From Oscillospiraceae bacterium (GTDB lineage: Bacteria; Bacillota; Clostridia; Oscillospirales; Acutalibacteraceae), in contig JAQWBK010000001.1 in the NCBI GenBank assembly GCA_028706415.1, positions 1 through 51,190 on the forward strand: DNA of 51,190 bases, given 5' to 3'. This document shows positions 46,131-51,190 of this stretch, one piece after another. A program made the translations under genes and the position numbers. Positions within the stretch are counted from its first letter, which is position 1. Each line of letters begins with the position of its first letter. The notes below the pieces were generated by a model, which worked only from the letters and a program-made list of their open reading frames with translations, was not told the origin of the DNA and did not search any database.

Positions 46131-47417
46131 ATGAAAAATCATTTTATAAAATTAGTGCTGTCGGTAATTTTGGTGCTTATAATAATTTTTATATCTGCGT
46201 GTAATAAGCCCGCGGTTTCGGGAACCTCATCAAATGATCAAAGCAAAACATTGAACTTGGATTCGGAAAAAGGCAAAAAACTAACATTTATGCTTCCGGC
46301 CTTCAATTATGATGATACGAATAAGTGGGAAAATAAAGTCTTGAAAGAATTTAAGGAAACCTATCCTGATGTAACCTTGGAGCTCTTATCCGCCAGTATT
46401 GAAAACTGGATGGTAAAGCTTCTTGCCAACGCAAGCGGCGGCGACCCTATAGATGTTTTTCAGGATAGCGCCAACAATAATCCGATGTACGCCCTTCAGG
46501 GCATCAATCAGCCGCTTCAGGATTACATAGACATGAACAACCCCAACCTCCATATGGCGACCATGGATGCCGTATTCAAATACAACGGAAATTACCATGT
46601 CGCAGTTGCAGAATCCAGCGTGTGCATAGTTTATTATAATAAAGATATTTTTGAAAATGAGGGCGTAGATACGCCTGATGAACTTTACAAGGCGGGAAAA
46701 TGGGATTTCGATAATATGATCCGGGTCGCAAAAGAGCTCACTTACAACAACAATAGCGGTAAACGCTGGGGGCTGGCTTGCAATTATCCGTATATATTCT
46801 TCGGCGCAAATGCTACCTCGATGGTAACGCTGGATAAGAACTACAAATATAATTTGAACATTAACGACCCGAATCTAAAGTATTCGTTTGAAGTCATACA
46901 GGATGCATGGTATAAAAGCAAATGGCAGGGCTGGCAAGGTACTCCGTGGAATTCATTTTATAACGGCTCGGCAGCAATGCTGACGGATTTCAAATGGGTC
47001 GAGGAGCAGATTATCGAGGCGAAGAACTACGGATTGTGCGATTTTGAATACGGCGTAGTTCCTATGGCTTCCGGCCCCAACAATCCGAAAGGGCTTGCAC
47101 CCATGACCGCGTTTGGGTTTGCAATGGGTAAAGAAAGCGATACTCCGTATCATTCGGGTATTCTTATCGATATGCTGATAAACGGTGAAGCAGCGCATAA
47201 AAAAGAGACCGGTAAGGTTATCCCCGCCGAACACCAAGAGGTGTATAACAAGCTTTCACTGATTCCGTTTTGCATTAACAGCTATGATTCTGCTGTGGGC
47301 GGAGCCTTTGAGATATGCCAGGCAATAGGTGCCGGTCAAAGCATCTCACAGGCTATTGCGGAATACACCCCGATTTATCAGCAGAAGATTGATCAGGCAA
47401 ACGGCGATAACAAGTGA
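46131..47417 (+). CDS. ABC transporter extracellular solute-binding lipoprotein (right arm)
   Basis: I set the start at ATG 46131 (MKNHFIKLVL...FISAC lipobox) with GAAAGGAAC upstream. The track ORF start at 45978 overlaps the permease. It is a paralogue of 20438..21739. Confidence 0.88.
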   Translation: MKNHFIKLVLSVILVLIIIFISACNKPAVSGTSSNDQSKTLNLDSEKGKKLTFMLPAFNYDDTNKWENKVLKEFKETYPDVTLELLSASIENWMVKLLANASGGDPIDVFQDSANNNPMYALQGINQPLQDYIDMNNPNLHMATMDAVFKYNGNYHVAVAESSVCIVYYNKDIFENEGVDTPDELYKAGKWDFDNMIRVAKELTYNNNSGKRWGLACNYPYIFFGANATSMVTLDKNYKYNLNINDPNLKYSFEVIQDAWYKSKWQGWQGTPWNSFYNGSAAMLTDFKWVEEQIIEAKNYGLCDFEYGVVPMASGPNNPKGLAPMTAFGFAMGKESDTPYHSGILIDMLINGEAAHKKETGKVIPAEHQEVYNKLSLIPFCINSYDSAVGGAFEICQAIGAGQSISQAIAEYTPIYQQKIDQANGDNK

Positions 47418-47442
47418 TATATGAAGCAACTGGAGGGTAAAT

Positions 47443-49311
47443 ATGAAAGGCATCAAGAAAATCGGTTTTGGGCTGTTGACCAAGATATTGGCCTTAACAC
47501 TGGTCGCTTGTAATGTATCCGATGTTACAAGCAGCAGCACCGCTTCCAAGCATGAAGATAACCCCGTTACGAATGGGATAACCTCAACCTCAAAACGCCA
47601 AACAGATAATAGTACAAAAGCCGACAGCACTACGGTCACTACAGCGGCTCCGACTTCAACCACAGTAGTTGTCAAGCCCCAGCCATCGGATTTCATTATC
47701 GCGGAAAATTCAATAGCAAAATCGACCATTGTTATCCCTGCATCCCCCTCCGATAAGGTGAGAGCCACTGCTGAAGAATTACAGAAATATTTAAAGAAAA
47801 TTTCGGGCGCCGGCATTGCGATTGGATTTGATAATGTTGACCGGACAAACGGCAACTTTATCCTGGTCGGCCCCACCGCCCAGACCAAAGCCATGGGTAT
47901 AAAAATCCCGACCGGTTACCCCGATAACGAAAGAGTAATAGTTAAACGAAACAAAAATTACATCGCGCTTATAGGCAATGACGACGGTGAATTCACAGGA
48001 ACCGAGTTTGCTGTTAATATGTTCCTTGAAGAGTTGGGATGCGGCTGGTATGGGCCGGATGAGCTGTGGCAGGTTGTCCCCGAACATAATACTCTTGCTA
48101 TCAAAAAGCTGGATATAAACCATACCCCCCAGTTCAAATCAAGAATAAGCAATGTATGGTTTAATTATCAGAAGTTTTCGAAAAAATGGTACATGGGGGG
48201 AGCAAAAAAGTTTGTAGGGCACGGTGTGACGCAGCTTATTCCGCGAGAAACTTATTTTCCGACCCATCCGGAATGGTTTGCTGAAGTGGACGGCAAGCGC
48301 GATCCCTTTGATGCTTTTTACTGGCAGTATTGCTATACAAACAAGGAACTGGCTTCTGAAGTCGGGAAAAAAGCAATTGCCAAATTTGACGCTGATCCAA
48401 ACCTAACTCAATACTCCGTTGCTGCCAACGACGGTTGGGAAGAAGATTGGTGTGAATGTTCGGTATGTTCGAGTCTGGGTAATGATACAGACGAGCTGCT
48501 TACCTTTGCAAACAATGTCGCCAAGGTGGTTGCAAAAAAATATCCTAATAAAAAGATTTCTATTTTAAGCTACCATTCAACATTTTTCCCGCCTGAGAGC
48601 AGCATAAAAGCAGAGCCTAATGTCGAGGTCATGTTCTGCCGGGAAACAAGCATGACTGTACCGCTTGATCTAAATCTTAAAATTCCAACAGGCTTTAACT
48701 CGATAACACATAACACATACACCCAGTCTTGGCTCGGAAATTTTAAAGATTACATCAATAAAACAAATTTAAAGCACCTTTCCATCTGGGAATGGCACTG
48801 CATCGCTGCCGATAAAACCGTCTGGTCTGAGATCCCGTGGGTGCAGGGCAATGTGTCTTCCAGAAATCAAAAGCTGTGGAAAGATAACGGTGTTTCCTAT
48901 ACCTATTATGATCAGGGGCCAAGCCCGACATATAATGAGACCGAAAAAAGCTTTTCCCTTCGCTGGCCTCTTTGGTATGTATCGGCAAAGGGTATGTGGG
49001 ATGGGCGTTTTACCGGTGAGCAGATCTTAAAACAAGCTTGCGATAAGCTTTACGGCAAAGCCTCGGCGGAAATGTATGAATATTATAAAGCTCTGGCCGA
49101 CAGCAGCGAACAGTGCAGGTCATCAAACAGTGTCGCATGGATACCGCCAAATCCTGGTGAAGTTTATACAACTGCAAGAATTACGGTAATTGATAAGGCG
49201 GTCAGCGCAGCAAAAGCAAAGTTAAGCAGCGCTACCCCAGTTCAAAAGCAACGCATGGAGAATCAGTTCAAATCCTGGGAAAACGCCAAGCTCCTGATAA
49301 AATTAGGTTAA
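47443..49311 (+). CDS. DUF4838-like putative glycosidase, extracellular lipoprotein form (right arm)
   Basis: The lipobox is LVAC and an S/T-rich linker follows. It is highly similar to 16861..18750 along its full length (e.g. ANDGWEEDWCECSVC, KAEPNVEVMFCRETSMTVPLDLNL, ITHNTYTQSWLGNFK). A strong GGAGGG RBS is present. Confidence 0.82.
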   Translation: MKGIKKIGFGLLTKILALTLVACNVSDVTSSSTASKHEDNPVTNGITSTSKRQTDNSTKADSTTVTTAAPTSTTVVVKPQPSDFIIAENSIAKSTIVIPASPSDKVRATAEELQKYLKKISGAGIAIGFDNVDRTNGNFILVGPTAQTKAMGIKIPTGYPDNERVIVKRNKNYIALIGNDDGEFTGTEFAVNMFLEELGCGWYGPDELWQVVPEHNTLAIKKLDINHTPQFKSRISNVWFNYQKFSKKWYMGGAKKFVGHGVTQLIPRETYFPTHPEWFAEVDGKRDPFDAFYWQYCYTNKELASEVGKKAIAKFDADPNLTQYSVAANDGWEEDWCECSVCSSLGNDTDELLTFANNVAKVVAKKYPNKKISILSYHSTFFPPESSIKAEPNVEVMFCRETSMTVPLDLNLKIPTGFNSITHNTYTQSWLGNFKDYINKTNLKHLSIWEWHCIAADKTVWSEIPWVQGNVSSRNQKLWKDNGVSYTYYDQGPSPTYNETEKSFSLRWPLWYVSAKGMWDGRFTGEQILKQACDKLYGKASAEMYEYYKALADSSEQCRSSNSVAWIPPNPGEVYTTARITVIDKAVSAAKAKLSSATPVQKQRMENQFKSWENAKLLIKLG

Positions 49312-49316
49312 TAACA

Positions 49317-49361
49317 GCCGAAAACAAAGATACTGCCCAAAAGGGCAGTATCTTTGTTTTT
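49317..49361. terminator. Boundary hairpin, copy 2 of 2 identical 45-bp sequences; terminator of the plus-strand gene array
   Basis: It is identical to 14470-14514. The stem is 49321-49338 / 49343-49360 with loop AAAA. It begins 6 nt after the stop codon and is followed by a T-run. Confidence 0.85.
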
Positions 49362-49471
49362 AAAGAGTATGCTTATTTAATACTGTGGGTTGAATGGTTA
49401 CTTTCATACGATTCTTTGCTTATTTAGGTGTAGGAAACCATTCCATATCCGCACCTTTAATGAGTATACCC

Positions 49472-50323
49472 TCAGTTTGAGGAGGGGGCTGAAATAAAGG
49501 CCAGACCAACCGCGCCCGGGCCTGCATGTGTTCCCACGACCGGCCCGATATCGGCCGAACGGGTTTCATTCATTTTAAGCTGCTCCCCTGCCAATATTTT
49601 AAGTTTATCCATGGCATCGGGGTAATTGGAATGCCCGAAATATACTGGGTAATCGGTATCAATACCGTCCTTTTTCGCATAATTAATTATGCTCTGATAA
49701 CCGGCCTTTTGCCCCCGCGCCTTGTCTATTCCGACCACCTTGCCGCCAACCACACTTATGATAGGCTTGATGTTCAGCAGTGTACCCACGGCGGCACCTG
49801 CAGAGGAGAGCCTGCCCCCCATCTTTAAATACTTCAGGTCATCTATTACAGCATAAAGACGGATTCGTTTTTTAAGTTCATCTATTTTTTCTACAATACT
49901 CTTTGCATCCAGCCCCTCATCCCTTAGCTTTACTGCAACTTCAACCAAAAGTGCAAGGGCAAAGGTAACATTAAGGGTGTCCACAACATGGATAGAGGCA
50001 TCGGTATACGACGCCTTTGCAAGGAGAGCGCCGTTATATGTTCCGCTCATTTCCTTAGAAATGGGAAGAACCAGTATTTCATCCCCTGCCTGGACATAGG
50101 GATTAAAAACCTCTTTAAATTCATAGGGGCTTATCTGTGCGGTTTTGGGCAGGGTGGGGGATTCCGACATCAGCCGATAGAACTGCTGACGGTTGAGATT
50201 TTGCCCATCAATATATTCGTTATCCCCAAAAAGCACATGGAAGGACAGTATATCTATATTCCAATCCTTTTGTATGGAAAACGGGAGGTCGCAGGAACTG
50301 TCTGTGATTATTCTGAGTGCCAT
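49472..50323 (-). CDS. DegV-family fatty-acid-binding protein
   Basis: The N-terminal motif is ITDSSCDLP. Length and overall pattern are typical of DegV/DUF194 proteins. The call is from memory. Confidence 0.8.
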   Translation of the reverse strand: MALRIITDSSCDLPFSIQKDWNIDILSFHVLFGDNEYIDGQNLNRQQFYRLMSESPTLPKTAQISPYEFKEVFNPYVQAGDEILVLPISKEMSGTYNGALLAKASYTDASIHVVDTLNVTFALALLVEVAVKLRDEGLDAKSIVEKIDELKKRIRLYAVIDDLKYLKMGGRLSSAGAAVGTLLNIKPIISVVGGKVVGIDKARGQKAGYQSIINYAKKDGIDTDYPVYFGHSNYPDAMDKLKILAGEQLKMNETRSADIGPVVGTHAGPGAVGLAFISAPSSN

Positions 50324-50417
50324 GTTGTTTCCCTCTTTCTCGGCTTAAAGAAAATATAGTTTGATTGTCAAACTTATATTGGATAAGAAAAGCACAAAAG
50401 TGCTAAAAACTCTTTAA

Positions 50418-50582
50418 TTAAGGTCACCTCTAAAAACCTGTTTTGAACGGATTCCGAGCAGAATTTTTGTCGGGCAAGGAAAGCCGACGAAGCAATGCTT
50501 TCCGCATTACGAGGAGGTTTGACGCAGTCCGGCGGAAATTGTGCTGGAAGACACCAGAAGGGGCTTTTAGAGGTGACCTTAA
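50418..50582 (+). repeat. Copy D of the palindromic repeat family
   Basis: Perfect 18-bp outer arms are TTAAGGTCACCTCTAAAA (50418-50435) and TTTTAGAGGTGACCTTAA (50565-50582). The left arm CCGAGCAGAATTTTTGTCGGGCAAGG matches copies A and C. The inner helix 50467-50475 / 50527-50535 pairs at 9 of 9 positions if four G:T pairs are allowed on the plus strand. Confidence 0.8.
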
Positions 50583-50648
50583 GATATCATATTATATATT
50601 ATTAGTCAAGATATAATACTGTTCGGTTTTTTTGTTCCCCCAATACTT

Positions 50649-50686
50649 AAAAAAGAAACCGCCTTTTCCGGAAGGCGGTTTTGTTT
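50649..50686 (-). terminator. Intrinsic terminator downstream of the last ORF (hairpin is bidirectional)
   Basis: AAACCGCC (50656-50663) pairs with GGCGGTTT (50674-50681). A-runs and T-runs flank the stem on both sides. Confidence 0.65.
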
Positions 50687-50728
50687 AATCATTATCAGGA
50701 AGTTTCTTTGAACGCTCTGGAAAAATAT

Positions 50729-51190
50729 TTATTTTTCCAAAAGATAACAAGAAGATGAAGAAAACGAAAAATTAATGGAAGATCCTTGACCATCCTCAGA
50801 AGACATATTAGCCGCTGTTATGATCAATTTCTTGTCGCCAAATTCATACTCCATTTTCTCTGTTGTGACCAGTTGATCTCCGGAATTTTCATATTCTAAA
50901 TAAAGAGCTTTCAAGACATCGTAAAATCCCTTGACCTCTTCACTTTCATCATTGTATATTACTATTACTTTTTCATTGCGAACATATACTGAAGCGTCTT
51001 GATAAAGCTTGGTGTAATTTGTCATATCAATATAATCATAATCGTATTGAAATTCAATCCACGAATACGGTTTTTTCCCATAATAATCTCCTTGTTCGAA
51101 ACCAAAGATTGCTTTTTCGGTTTGATTTAAAATGCTTTCATCTAAAAATTCAGGCATATAGCTCGACTGATCAGAATTGTATTGTATATA
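50729..51190 (-). CDS. Hypothetical protein (ORF open to the right window edge)
   Basis: The track ORF is 50729..51157. The same frame has no stop codon between 51158 and 51190, so the gene may start outside the window. I recognise no motif. Confidence 0.5.
   Translation of the reverse strand, partial: YIQYNSDQSSYMPEFLDESILNQTEKAIFGFEQGDYYGKKPYSWIEFQYDYDYIDMTNYTKLYQDASVYVRNEKVIVIYNDESEEVKGFYDVLKALYLEYENSGDQLVTTEKMEYEFGDKKLIITAANMSSEDGQGSSINFSFSSSSCYLLEK

Noticed and set aside
47346-47894. A 182-aa minus-strand ORF spans the binding-protein / DUF4838 junction. A 155-aa ORF (24439..24906) lies opposite the 333-aa protein stalk.
   Set aside because: Both are antisense to S/T-rich linker codons, which produce Val/Ala/Gly-rich shadow frames. 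They overlap well-supported genes and have no start context.
14470-49361. The island could be a mobile element (ICE, transposon or prophage), given its flanking direct repeats and lower GC.
   Set aside because: I could find no integrase, transposase, relaxase, or phage or conjugation genes in or next to it. The repeats are also functional-looking terminators. I therefore report it only as a compositionally distinct island, not as a mobile element.
1-51190. I searched for CRISPR arrays, tRNA or rRNA genes, and defence or toxin-antitoxin modules.
   Set aside because: There are no regularly spaced short direct repeats. No intergenic gap has tRNA-like T-arm or anticodon-arm features. No small adjacent gene pairs or nuclease/ATPase defence-type ORFs occur outside addAB. 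The only repeats are the irregularly placed palindromes described above.

Overview
This is a Firmicutes/Clostridia-like chromosomal window. That call rests on AddAB, DegV, YfhO, lipobox solute-binding proteins and a sortase-type sorting signal. Every family name comes from reading the translated ORFs and from memory; no database search was possible.

Bases 1-13.7 kb hold visibly GC-richer housekeeping genes. They are the 3' part of a YfhO-family membrane protein, an OmpR-type regulator plus histidine kinase directly upstream of an HtrA-type protease, addA-addB, and a DUF218/YdcF-like protein.

Bases ~14.5-49.4 kb are a visibly AT-richer ~35-kb carbohydrate-utilisation island of 24 ORFs, bounded by two identical 45-bp hairpin repeats. 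It has three parts:
- A central module: a 967-aa solute-binding protein fused to CBM-like domains, two permeases, an NHL/TPR/Yip1 membrane protein and a DUF5696-like secreted protein.
- Two mirror-image paralogous arms, each with an ABC solute-binding protein, a permease, CBM-like surface proteins and DUF4838-like proteins (one lipoprotein and one cytoplasmic form per arm).
- Accessory genes: two AraC regulators, a ROK kinase, a DUF5107-like/TPR protein, two Gfo/Idh/MocA oxidoreductases and a short fifth DUF4838-like paralogue.

I can place none of the candidate glycan-degrading proteins in a characterised glycoside-hydrolase family, and no ABC ATPase is present. This locus is my best candidate for an undescribed system.

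A DegV gene and an edge-truncated hypothetical gene follow the island. Five copies of a long imperfect-palindrome repeat occupy the larger intergenic gaps. I saw no rRNA, tRNA, CRISPR array, transposase or integrase.
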